Positions 35,647 through 48,099 of a stretch of 64,000 nucleotides of DNA are shown here, one piece after another (position 1 is the first letter of the stretch; each line of letters begins with the position of its first letter). Source of the stretch: Octopus bimaculoides (Eukaryota); NCBI RefSeq assembly GCF_001194135.2, contig NC_068985.1:29791388-29855387 (forward strand). The letters are read 5' to 3'. A program made the position numbers and the translations under genes. The notes under the pieces are model-generated. The model saw only the letters and a list, made by a program, of their open reading frames with translations, ran no database searches and was not told the DNA's origin.

Positions 35647-37759
35647 GAGAAAGAGATAAAAGCTAGGTCTGTGAATGTGTGTGCATGTTTGGACAAAAGG
35701 TGAGTTCTTGATTGTCAAAGTGTGGGTGAGGTACCATTAATAGGCTGGTAGGTGTGTCTCCTTAGTGGGGTGGTGATGATGGGTGATAGATGAATGGGGG
35801 TGGTGAATGTTTGTAGTGTTGACAAGGCATCACAGCTGAAGTAACAAAGATTAATAAGACTACAGTAGGGGAGGAAGGGAGATGTGTGGATGTATATACA
35901 GTTATAAATTGTATACATGTATGTAATACATACACATATGTACAGAATTGCAGATTGTGTATATAGGTAAATATGTGCCTTAAATGCACAAGTTTATGCG
36001 TGTGTGTGAGTGTGTATGGCTTGTACTATAATTTTATATATGTATTTATTACACAGGTGTATACACTCACCATGCCTATATACTATTATTCCCCTCCCTA
36101 TATTCTAATACACACAAATATGTATATATTGTATGTGACTATGTAAGTATACATATACCTGAGTTTCTCTGTGTGTGTGTGTGTGTTCTAATTTCTCTCT
36201 AATGACAAAGCAAGAGAACCCGAGAGAGTAAAGAGAGAGAAACAGCTGAGTAATTTTATACTCAAACAGAATGATTGACGATGGAGAACTGAGAGGAAGA
36301 TGATGGAGGGGTAACTGAGAGAAGCCAGGGAGGGGCAGTAAATAGGATAGGATAGAAGGGGGAATCTGTAGTAATATTGCAGTAGTAGTAAAGAGGTAGC
36401 CCTCCTCTATGACTTAGTTGACCTATCACCCTACACACACTACCACTATCTCCCAAACCTCTACTATCATTACTCCTTTGCTCCTGAGTAGTGGGGGGGA
36501 GTAGAGATGGTAGACAGTGCAGTGTGTTGCGTAACCTCCACCACCCTATAACCATAGCATCCATCTGCCCCCCCCCACTCCCGCATTATCACAAGCCGCC
36601 CTCACTGCATCATCTTTCCTCTTCCAGACTCACCCTTCCTCCTCCATGGGCTGGGAAAGTTAAGTGAGTAGTGCTGATGGTACTGCTATGGGGCTGGAAG
36701 TGATGTTTAGTTAAGTCTACTCCTTATCAACCTACTCCACCCTTATCATCTTTCTGTAAGATTCCTGAGAGGATTAAGTTAAAACTTGATTCTTAAAAAT
36801 AGATTAAGATATATATATAATGAGTGAGGAAAATGGTAAATGGAGTTTGCAAGAATCTTTATTCAACACAACGATTGTTTTGACCCATCCTGCATCTGTC
36901 CCTTGCGGGTGGGAATCTGTACAGCTGGTTGTGTTGCATCCATTGGGTGTCTTATTTTAAATAAGATACTTCGCTAAATATACTCACTTTTGCTTGGCAT
37001 GTTGTTGACGCCAGTAGGTTGTTGGCTATGATCTAAAACTGTGGATGACATCAGGTAGCCTAAACAATGAAACTGCTTTCATCAGCATATTACTCAACAT
37101 ATACCCAAGGTCCAAATAGTTACTGATGTATATATATATAATGTTTCCTTGATGTCAAGAATGTTTCTGAGGTTTCTTCATCATCCTGGGACCATTTACA
37201 AGTGAATTTGATTAACGGGAAGAAAGTGCTGCCTGTTTGATCCCTTTGGAGCTTACTTTCTGACCCTTCTCCCAGTATCCTTGTATCAACTCTATTAATA
37301 TGATATAAGCCTGTCTGAATGCAGTGAGATGCATGCTGGTGGTACAGTCTGTTGTTGTCCACCCTGATGCCTTCTCTTAGTGTGTGGAGGCGCATGGCTT
37401 AGTGGTTAGGGTGTTGGACTCATGATTGTAAGATTGTGGTTTCGATTCCTAGACTAGGTGATGTGCCGTGTTCTTGAGCAAAATACTTCCTTTCATATTG
37501 CTCCAGCCCTCTCAGCTGGCAAAAATGAGTAATCCTGTGATGGACTGGTGTCCTATCCAGGTGGGGAATATATATGTCATGAATTTGGCCCTTATGAGTC
37601 AGTATGACATGAGAGGGTAACTTTATCTTGCCTTACTTCTCTTAGTGCATAAGGGGTGGTGATGGATAGCTAACACCAGTGCTTTGAAAGCTGTTATTTT
37701 TAGTGTTGCTGGGGTTTCTCAAACTCCCAAGGAATGAACTCAAACATGTTGCAGGTTTA

Positions 37760-37998
37760 TGACACCACAATTCCATTCTGGTAACCAACTACTTGACAGA
37801 GATGGGCATCAAAACTGTCCCTCATCCTCCCTACAGTCCAGACATTGCTCTCTACAACTTCTGGTTCCCCAAGCTGAAGAAGAAGACAAAGGAAGCTGTA
37901 ACATCTTCAGTTTGGAGGTCTGCCATGGAGCCTTCATGAAATGGCTGGAGTGCTACAAGTGCAGTGAAGTCAGAGGAGCTTATTTTGAAGGAGATTAA
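37760..37998 (+). mobile_element. Mariner transposase C-terminal fragment
   Basis: LVTNYLTEMGIKTVPHPPYSPDIA...FPKLK and the terminal GAYFEGD*. Confidence 0.8.
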
Positions 37999-38530
37999 TT
38001 GGGCAAATGTCTTCTACTATAACCCTGGGTCAAACAAAGCCATATAAGTGGATCTGGTAGATGGAAACTGAAAGAAGCCAGTCATATCTTTCTTTTATCT
38101 TTTACATTATACTGTGGCCATGTTGAGGCACCACCTTGAGGGATTTTTAATCGAATGAATTGACCACTGCGTGATTTAAAAAAAAGTTTGGTACTTATTC
38201 TATCAGTCTCTTTTGTTGAACTACTAAATTACATGGATGCAAACACACCAACGTCAATTGTCAAGTGGTGGTAGTGGTGGTGGACAAAGACATACATACA
38301 TGAATATATATATAGAATGGGCTTCTTTCAGTTTCTGTATACAAAATCCAAACACAAGGCATTGGTCAGCCCAAGGCTATAGTAGAAGACACTTGCCCAT
38401 GGTGCCACACAGTGGGACCAAACCCAGAACCATGTGACTGGGAAGCAAACTTCTTGTCACACAGCCACTACAGCCACACACATATCTATCTGTCTCTCTC
38501 TCTCTCTCTATATATATATATAGTATAAAA

Positions 38531-38790
38531 AGGTCCTTGTCATTCACCTTCTCGATCTTTACATTTTTCCTTAAATATCTCTTGAGTCCTGCTTGCGTCA
38601 TCCTGGCCTCTTCAAATGCTTTCACTCCACTCCACACCCTTGTTCGCCATCCAACTCGATCTGAAGCGAGGGCTTCTATATCTTTTGGAGCCATTCCAAA
38701 TGACTTCATAGCAGTCCTTATGCCATCCTTAAACCTTTTTTTAGGTTTATGCCGATAGCGTTTCCCCTATGCAAGCTCACCATAAAACAG
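38531..38790 (-). mobile_element. RTE LINE C-terminal fragment
   Basis: LFYGELA*GKRYRHKPKKRFKDGIRTAMKSFG...ALASDRVGWRTRVWSGVKAFE matches the RTE ORF end. Confidence 0.85.
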
Positions 38791-39372
38791 CTATGGGTAA
38801 ATATTACCTTGCTTGGAAACAGGCGAGGGTTGGCAATAAAAAAGGGCATTTGGTCATAGAAAAATGGATTGCACACACACAGGTATGTATATAACTATGT
38901 ATATTGCATCTGAAGCACTGTTATATTAATATGCATAGACAAGAAGTGAAGAATGCCCTTTTGATGCACACTGCAAGATGCCAGCTAATTACATCCCTTT
39001 ATATTCTGAGTTGAAATCCTATCATAGTCAACTTGGTATGGTCATCCCTTTAAAGATCAATAGAATAAATTGACAAACACCTGTACATTGATTTCTAAAA
39101 GCAGATGTGCATTTAACATTGCTATTGCCGTTGTATAGCCTCATGTCTGTCCTGATCCAATGACTCATTATTATGTAGACTGTTATTGTTGTAGTCGTGA
39201 AACCCGCAAGTTGACCGGACCTATGTGTAAGAGCATTCAAGCTATGATCATCCTGTAGTTTTTAGGGGTACCTAGGTATGTAAGACTACATTATCAAGTC
39301 CTTTTTTTATGATGATTGGATATTGGGGGAGATTTGGTTGCTATTTCTAGTAGGCCTAGCAACCATGTAGAG

Positions 39373-39687
39373 TAGGGGTTCTCAACCATTTTTTTTATCT
39401 ATGGATCCCTTTGATTACTATTTTATTCTGGTGGACCCCCCCTATAGCCATTCAATGTTTATAAACTAGCTTTATAGATAGAAACTTCTTTTCTTCACAC
39501 ATTAACTTGTGTAGGTTGAACAATGTAAAATGTTAGAGAAAGAAACTTATTTGTTTCTAGCAATACATAAATCTAAAGCAAAATTTTTCAGGAGCCCTTA
39601 AAAATACTATTTTTGATCTCCAATTTACTATTTTGTTGCATGGACCCCACTCCAAAATCTTATATGGACCCCGGTTGAAAACCACTG
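39373..39687. mobile_element. Older hAT (Buster/Charlie-type) MITE
   Basis: TIRs taggggttctcaacc and ggttgaaaaccactg (3 mismatches); flanks atgtagag and gtgtagac (6/8, decayed TSD with central TA). Confidence 0.8.
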
Positions 39688-42600
39688 GTGTAGACTGTTG
39701 TTGTTGTAGTAGAATAACCCCCAATTTATTCCTGATTGAGTAGAGCTGTGAGTAAGAACATTCAAACCATGATCATCTTGTAGTTTTTAGGGGTATTTAG
39801 GTATATAAGATTACATTATCATGTCCTTTTTTTTTATGGTGGTAGGATATTGGGGGAAATTTAGTTGCTATTTCTAGCAGCTCTAGCAACCACGTAGAGG
39901 CTCCCTTGTGTTGTCAGTCGTTTAAATGACAAGGTGTAAACAACAGATTTGTTGTTCCTTCACCTATGCGAGGAGAATACTGTGTACAGTCATGCAATGG
40001 TCATTTGTACAGAGTGCAGCGTAGAAGTCTGAGCATTTTTTGTCTATACTAGTGGCTGTTGTGTTGTCCGACATCAGACATAATCTGGCATTCATATGAT
40101 CAAAGATGCTCTAGCCATGACCATCTCATCTTTTATTAAGACATTGTGCATTCAGGAAACACCTTTTTTTTTTTAACAATGGTAAGGTGTTGATTTGAGT
40201 AAGATTTAACTGCAGTTTCTAGCAGTTCAGTCTATTACTCTCTCGTTGGTTCATATGCANNNNNNNNNNTGTGTTGACATAAATTACAAACAAGCCCCTT
40301 TGTTGCAAAAAAAAAAAAAAAAGGAACCAACAACAAAGGGTGCCCTCACTTCCTGTCGAAACATTACACTTCACTGCATTTCAACAGTAAATCTCATCTA
40401 CATATGCCTTTTCTGTTTATATATCTAATCTCATGCACCCCCACCAACTCTCTCTATTTCATTACATCTCTCTTGTTCTGTCTGATCTCTTTTTCTGTTC
40501 ATCTACACAATTACACACACCTTTCTTCTCTCACACTTTCCCTCTTCGGTTCATTTTGCGTCCATCAATATGATACATAATCTGCCTCACTTTTGTAAAC
40601 AAGGATAGTCACCAGAATTGGTTGGTTTACTAGTAATAGGCTGCTATTAGTCATGAATCAATTTGGGGAAACATAAACAAGAGGAGTGTATGTTAGTGTG
40701 CCTCAGTGAGATGAAGTAGGGCTGAGAAGAGGAGTGTTGGGGAAAGTTGTATATCATATGTATATCATCACTATAATTTAATGTCTGTTGTCCATGCTGG
40801 CATGGGTTGGACGGTTTGACTGGGCTGGCACGTCGGAAGGCTGTGCCAGGCTCCAGTCTGACTTGGTATAGTTTTCTATGGCTGGATGCCCTTCCTAACA
40901 CCAACCACTCTGAGAGTGTAATGGGTGCTTTTACATACCACCAGCATGGGTGCCATTTGCATGACACTGGTATCTGTCACAACTGCGATTTTGCTCAGCT
41001 TGATCGGTCTTCTTCTCAAGCATGACATAATGCCAAAGGCCTTAGTCATTGCCTCCATGAGGCCCAACACTTGAAAGGAACTCAGCCACTTTGCCTCTGT
41101 CTACACACACACACACACACAAGTACTTAAGTTTATAAGATAGCTTGTGCATGTGTCAGTGCATTCATTTATTAAATTAATGACTTGACTCTTACAGGAC
41201 TAATTCTGTTTCCTTCTCTTTTGAAATTCATCTGTGTGTCAATAAGTGAATACTTTAACAAATGAAAAGAATACACCCAAACTACTTTATGCAATATTTT
41301 GTCTTAAACTGTCTTTAAATGATGATGATGTTCCCATTTCAAATGGGATGTTCATCATCATTTTAATGCCCACCTTTTCATGCTAGCATGAGCTGGATGG
41401 AATTTGTTGAGGTAGGTTTTCTACAGGTTTTCAAAGGCCAACCTTCACCTGCCTCCAAGTAAGGTAAGACTGATTTCAAATTTTGGCACAAGGCCAGCAA
41501 TTTTTGGGGAGGGGTGAGTCATTTAAATTAACCCCAGTACTCAACTGGTACTTATTTTATTGACCCTGAAAGGGCGAAAAGCAAAGTTGACTTTGGTGGA
41601 ATTTGAAAGCAGAATGTGAAAATGGATGAAATGCTGCTAAGCGTTTCATATGGGGTGCTAATGATGTTGCCAGCTCACTGCCTTCAGGTAAGATAATATG
41701 ACTCATTGGCTGAACAAGTTTTCATGGAAAATTGGAGAAGAAGGATACTGCTTATATAACGGTGACACTTGTTTACAACTGTTGTACAATGCCAAAGAGA
41801 TACTAACACATAAAAACATGCATAAACACATACATATGTACGTATGTATGTACGTATGTATGCACGCATATATGTGCACATGCATGCCAGTATAAGACGA
41901 ATCATATTTCTGTGGTAAAAGATAGCATGTGGTGAGAAACTTTGAGGAGAGAATGTTGTGAATTATCAGCTCTGAATGACTTGCTGAAGGTACACCACAA
42001 GAGGTCTTGCAATCAGATTGAACACATAACCATGAGGTTTGTAGTCTAGCAAGCACTTTAATGTTACAGTCATTATGACTCAGATTCAAATATAATAGCA
42101 GCCATAATAATGGTTTCTTCCATAGGTGAAGGCATATGTCTGAGTGGTTAGGATATTTGACTCATGATTGTAAGGTCATGAGTTCAAATCCTAGCAGTGC
42201 ATTGTGTCCTTCAGCAAGATACTTTACTTTGTCCCAGTTCATTCAGCTAGCAAAAATGAGTAGTACCTTCATTTCAAAGAGCCAGCCTCGTCACATTCTG
42301 GGTCATGCTGAATCTTCCAAAGAACTACGTTAAGGGTACACTTGTCTGTGGAGTGCTCAGCCACTTGCACTTCAATTTCACAAGCAGACTGTTCCATTGA
42401 TAGGATCAACTGGAACCCTTGTTATTATAAGCGACCGTGTCAGTTTTCTTCCATAGGCACAAGGTCACTCTTTTGGAGATCAATGACAATGGCAAGCCCC
42501 TTAACCCCTTGGGGGTCGTTGAGATGCTGCAGCCATGCAGCATATCTAGGGCAAGAAAGCTTGGCAGACCTCATCCCTCTCCAGGCTAAACTCATTTCTA

Positions 42601-45600
42601 CAGCTGAGTGGACTGGAGCGACGTGAAGTAAAGTGTTTTTCTCAAGGACACAACAGATCGCCTGGTACAGGGATAGAAACCACAATCTTATGGTTGTGAA
42701 TCCAACACCCTAACCACTAAGTGACATGCCTCCACTGAGATGAATGGGGTATAATCAATTATATTAATACCAATATTTGATTAGTATTTACTTTTTCAAT
42801 TCCGAAGGATAAAAGTAAAGATAAATTCAGTAGGATTTGAATTCAGAACATAAATGAATATAACTAAATACTGTGAGGAATTTCATCCGGTGCCCAACTG
42901 ACTCTACAATTACTATAAAAATAATGGTTTCTCTATTTCTTACAGAGTTACAAGTCTACAACCCAGTAAAGTGAAAAGAAATTTAACAACAATCTAATGT
43001 TTTGAATGGATGTACCACTATCTGTCATCGATAATAAGACTGTCATCCTTTTTGTTGACACATAAACTAGTATATCCTTTACTTGTTTCAGTCATTAGAC
43101 TGTGGCCATGCTGGGGCACCGCCTTGAAGAAGTTTAGTTGAATGAATTGATCCTAGTACTTTTTTTTTAAAGCTTGGTATTTATTCTGTAGGACTCTTTT
43201 GAAGAACTGCTAAGTTATGGGGAAGTAAACACCAACCCCAGTTGCCAAGGGCAAACACAGATATTAAGAACATACACATAGGGTGGCACATAAAAAGCAC
43301 CCATTACACTCTTAGAGTGGTTGGCATTAGGAAGGGCGTTCAGCTGCAAAAGCCATGCCAAATCAGACTGGAACTTGGTGCAGCTCTCCAGCTCACTGGT
43401 TCCAGTCAAACCATCCAACCCATGCCTGCATGGAAAACAGATGCTAAGTGATGATGATGATGATGATGGGCTTCTTTCAGTTTCGGTCTAACAAAGCCAC
43501 TTACAAGGTGCCATGCAGTGTGGCTGAACTTGGAACCATGTGGTTGGAAAGCAAACTTCATGACATGACTAACATTCTTATACTGCTGGTCACATCTGCC
43601 TGTGTGGCTGAGAAGTTTATTGCATACTGTACTATAGGATTTTCCCCCTAATAATTACAATAAGGTTACAAGTGTGTATAGAATTCTCAACCACATCCTT
43701 ACCTAATTCAATGAGGGATGTAGTTCAGATGAATGAAGCAAGAACCTATTATTGAAATTGATGGAGAATCGATACAGGTTTTATGTGTGCGCTTGTATGC
43801 ATACGTGTGCGCGCACACACACAAACACACACAAGTCATTTCTGATCCTAGGTGGAGTTAGAAATAGGGTTTTATTCATACAGTCTGCAAATAATTATAG
43901 TGTAGCAGAGTCAAACTGCTGTTATCAGGTGAATATGAAACATACATATCTATCTATCTATAAGTGTATACACACACACACTCTCTCTCTCACTGTCTTT
44001 CACACACACACACACACAGAATGCTTCAGTTTTACTTCAATCTTTATTACTATGTGGATCACTAGAAAACAAAAGAAAAGAAAAGAACATTATCTTGAAG
44101 GCAAGAAGACATAAAATTCACACCAGCAGCAGCAGCAACATCATCACGTTGCGAGTGCCCAACCATCGCTCGTTCTTCTTTTTGGATACAGCAGCTATTT
44201 ATTTTTTCAGAGGCAATAAGTTTGTGTGGGGTGAAGGAATAAATGTAGGGGTAGGATTAGGTAAACAAAGTTTCCCCACCTACTGCAATAATAAGAGTTT
44301 AACTTACAGGTAACAGTACTGCCAGAGGACACACACACACAATTGTACCTACCCCTTTAGGAATTGAGGTGAGTATATGTGTGTATTTGTGTGTGTGTGT
44401 ATGTGTCTCTACACTGCTCTCACGTCTAACATTTATACACACACATATATAGTAAATAATGGTTTTAAATTTTGGCACAGTGCCAGCAAATTCAGGGAGG
44501 GGATAAGTCAATTACATTGACCTCAGTGCTCAACTGGAACTTATTTTATTGACCTCAAAAGGATAAAAGGCAAAGGCGACCTCAGCAGCATTTGATCTCA
44601 GAATGTAAAAACAGATGAAATGTAGTGTGCTAATGATACTGCCAGCTTGCTGCCTTTTGTATAGTAAATAATGAAAAGACTAAGTCCACCAAGATATCCA
44701 ATTTTATTAGATCATGCATACTTACATATATTATGTATACTATATACATATATATGTGTGTGTGTGCGTGTGTGTGTGCATATATATGTATATATACACA
44801 TATATACATATAACATATATATACATATGTGTATATACATGCATACATATATAAAATTGAATATCTTAGTGTTATCATTATTTAGAAAACGTGTGTGTAA
44901 GAGTGTGTGTGTGTGTATTATTAACAGGTTGATTGACATCACATAAGCTTAAGGTTTCCATGATACATGGTGAATGCTTTTTCCTTTATCCATACACATA
45001 CCAGCATATGAGTGTGTGTGTGTGTGTGTGTGTGCGCGTGTGCGCGCATATCTTGATGTATGTATACATGCATACTCTGATAATTTGTTTTTTTTATTTT
45101 AGATAGTCAACAATCTATTCAACATCATAGAATTTTCAAATGATGATTTTTGCCTTTCATCCTTCAGTGATCAGTAAAATGAGTAGCAGTGGATATAAGT
45201 GACTTCATCCTTAATAGAGCCCAGAATTGTCACAGTCCAATGACTGCAGCCAGTCAAAGATTAAGATGTGCATGGTCTGTCTATCAGTTGTTGGAACTCT
45301 TTAATCTTGCAAAATTACAAGGTGACATCACTAATGCTAATAATACAAAAAGAACACTCAATACAATTGGTAAAGTAGTTGGCATTAAGAAGAGTGTCTA
45401 GCAGCAGAAATCATGCTAAAACAGAAACACTGGAGCAAGATGTGTTGGTCCTCCAGCCTGCTGGATTCTGCTGAACTGTCCAACTCATGCCAGCATATGA
45501 AGCAGACACAAAATGAGGCACAGACATGGATGTATCATCCGGAAGGAAGTTTGCTTCTCAATCGCATGGTTTCAGACAAATGCAAAAACATACATGCAAC

Positions 45601-48099
45601 ACTAGCAGGCCTTTTGTGTGTGCATATATGTGTACATGTGCATTTTCTTTATTTGTTTTGCTCACCAGACCGTGGCCATGTTGGGGTACAGCATTGAAGG
45701 GTCTGGTTAAACAAATCCACCCCAGAACTTATTTTATTGATCTCTTGTCAAACTGCTATGTTACAGAAATATATATAAAAAAAAAAATCAACATTGGTTG
45801 TCAAACTGTCAGGGTGGTGTAGGGGAACAAAAAGATGCACATGCATGCATGCATGCATGTACACACACACCATCGTTTTAACGTCCACTTTTCCCTGCTT
45901 GCATGGGTTGGATGGAGTCTATTGAGGCTAATTTTCTTCAGCCAGATGCCCTTCCTGTCACCAACCCTCACCTGTTTTCAAGCAAGGTAATGTTTCCCTG
46001 TAGCTAGACATGTTCTCACAGAATATTGGTAATGAATGACACTGCTTGTATCACAGTGGCAATCATTTCACAATGTGATGTGAACCTAGAAGACACAAAC
46101 ACACACATGATGGGCTTCTTTCAGTTATAATCAACCAAATCCATTCACAAAGCTTTGGTCAACCCAAGGGACTGAACCTGGAACCATGTGGTTGGGAAGT
46201 AAACTTCATATCACACAGCTATGCTTGCACCAATTCACATATGCAAATACATATGCTTGTGTGTTTATATATGTAACCTCGTGGGCATCGGTGCCGAGTT
46301 TTTCTTCCTCCGTTTTTCCATTCTTTGAACTTTCCGTCTTTCCGACGAAGGGTTCTGCCCGAAACATCATACTCTCTCTCTTTCCTTTCCCGAGCGTCCA
46401 ATAACACTATCCGTATCATGTCNNNNNNNNNNCATCATACTCTCTCTCTTTCCTTTCCCGAGCGTCCAATAACACTATCCGTATCATGTCCTCACTTTGT
46501 TGTTTTTTTGTTATTGTTTTTTGTCTTTTTTTGAACCTATATATATATATATATATACACACATACACAAGTATGTATATATGTGTGTGCATGTGCCCAT
46601 ATGCACACACACACACACACACACACAAGTGCATTTTTCAGTTGGTTACACTGGAATACTTCATTTCAAATGTCAGCATACTCTCCAATCCATAAACATT
46701 TTGAAAATATAAAAAAAATATAGCAAAAAAAAAAAAAAATCATTGAATACTTGCTGTACCTAATTTCCCTCTATCTCTAATTTGACTGTCCCCCTCCCCT
46801 CAAAACACACCCACTCTAATCTCCAGTGCATGGATAGGAAGGTGGAAGTGGCAGTGTGAAAGGAGTGGACCCTATAAACCAATCCCCCAATCAACCAATA
46901 ACCAACAGTTCCTTTCCGCCCTAACCCAACAAGACAGCCACCAGCTGAGCTGTGGTAATTTCATATAACTTAGCCAGGGCCAAGCCAGAAGGCAGAGAGA
47001 GATAAAGCTAATTGGTTTGTTGTCTTTTAACATGATACGATTATGACGATGATGATGATGATGATGATAATAATAATAATAATAATAAATCATTTTAATA
47101 ATTTGATAAAACTGACAATAATGATGATAGTGATGAGGGTTAGGATGATGAGATTGACGGAGCTGATATAGGGATGATGCGAATGACGATGATGATGATG
47201 ATGATAAATGAGTCATCCATTAACTACACCTCTCCCCCACTTCTCATTCATCCCAAACATCTCCCCTCCCTCTACTGGTAAGTAGTCTCTTCCAGACTCC
47301 AGCAACAGAAGTGTAAGTGCCCTAACCACCACATACAGAGTGCGAGGTTAGATGGGTAGAGAAAATAGTTTCAAGCTATGTAAATATGCTTGGGTGCACA
47401 AAGTGTGTGTGTGTGTGTGTGTGCACATGTATGTGTGTGTCATCATCTCATCATTTTGTGTCTGTTCTTCCATGCTAGCACAAACTGGAAGAGTTCTGCC
47501 AGTCCATGTGATCGACTTCATCTGGCATACACAGCAACAGAAAAGACAAAAAAAAAAAAACAAAACAAAAAAAAACAGGTCATCTTTACTGACATGTATG
47601 TCTTAAAGAGTGGAATGGATGTATTTTATTGTGCCACTTGTACCACAGAGGTTCCATCATATTGGAGGATAAGTTTTGAGATCGATTTTATGTTGTTGGC
47701 ATGATTTCTCTGAGTGGATGCCTTTCCAATCACCAACTACTTAAACAGTGTACTAGATGCATTGCATAATGCTGCCAGTACTAGAGAGGTTGTCTTAAAG
47801 AAGGGGACAAAAGTGAAAAATGCATATTCTCTTTTAGAGTTATAGCACACTTAGATGGGTAGCCAATAATGTTGTACGTAAAGTCCATATACTATATCTG
47901 CATATAATGTGTGTGTGTGTGTGTGTGCGTGCATTCTAAACAATATACAACAACTTCTGGTTATTAGATGCAGATGTAAGATGTAAGGAAGACAACTTAC
48001 AACACATAAAGAAGTTATTTCCTGTTGGTGGTAGGAGGATCAAATATATTAAAAAATATGTAATATATAATTTAAGTGGCTTAAATAAGGGTCACATAG

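Noticed and set aside
6071-37998. All five mariner pieces lie antisense to the plexin
   Set aside because: n=5 is too few (two-sided chance 1 in 16), and two RTE fragments lie in the sense direction.
44298-44308. Possible 11-nt microexon (cag|tactgttacct|gtaagt) on the minus strand
   Set aside because: Weak polypyrimidine tract and weak exonic donor context; expected by chance.
46365-46490. 58-bp exact duplication across a 10-N gap
   Set aside because: Typical unmerged contig overlap; treated as an assembly artefact, not a Penelope tandem terminus.
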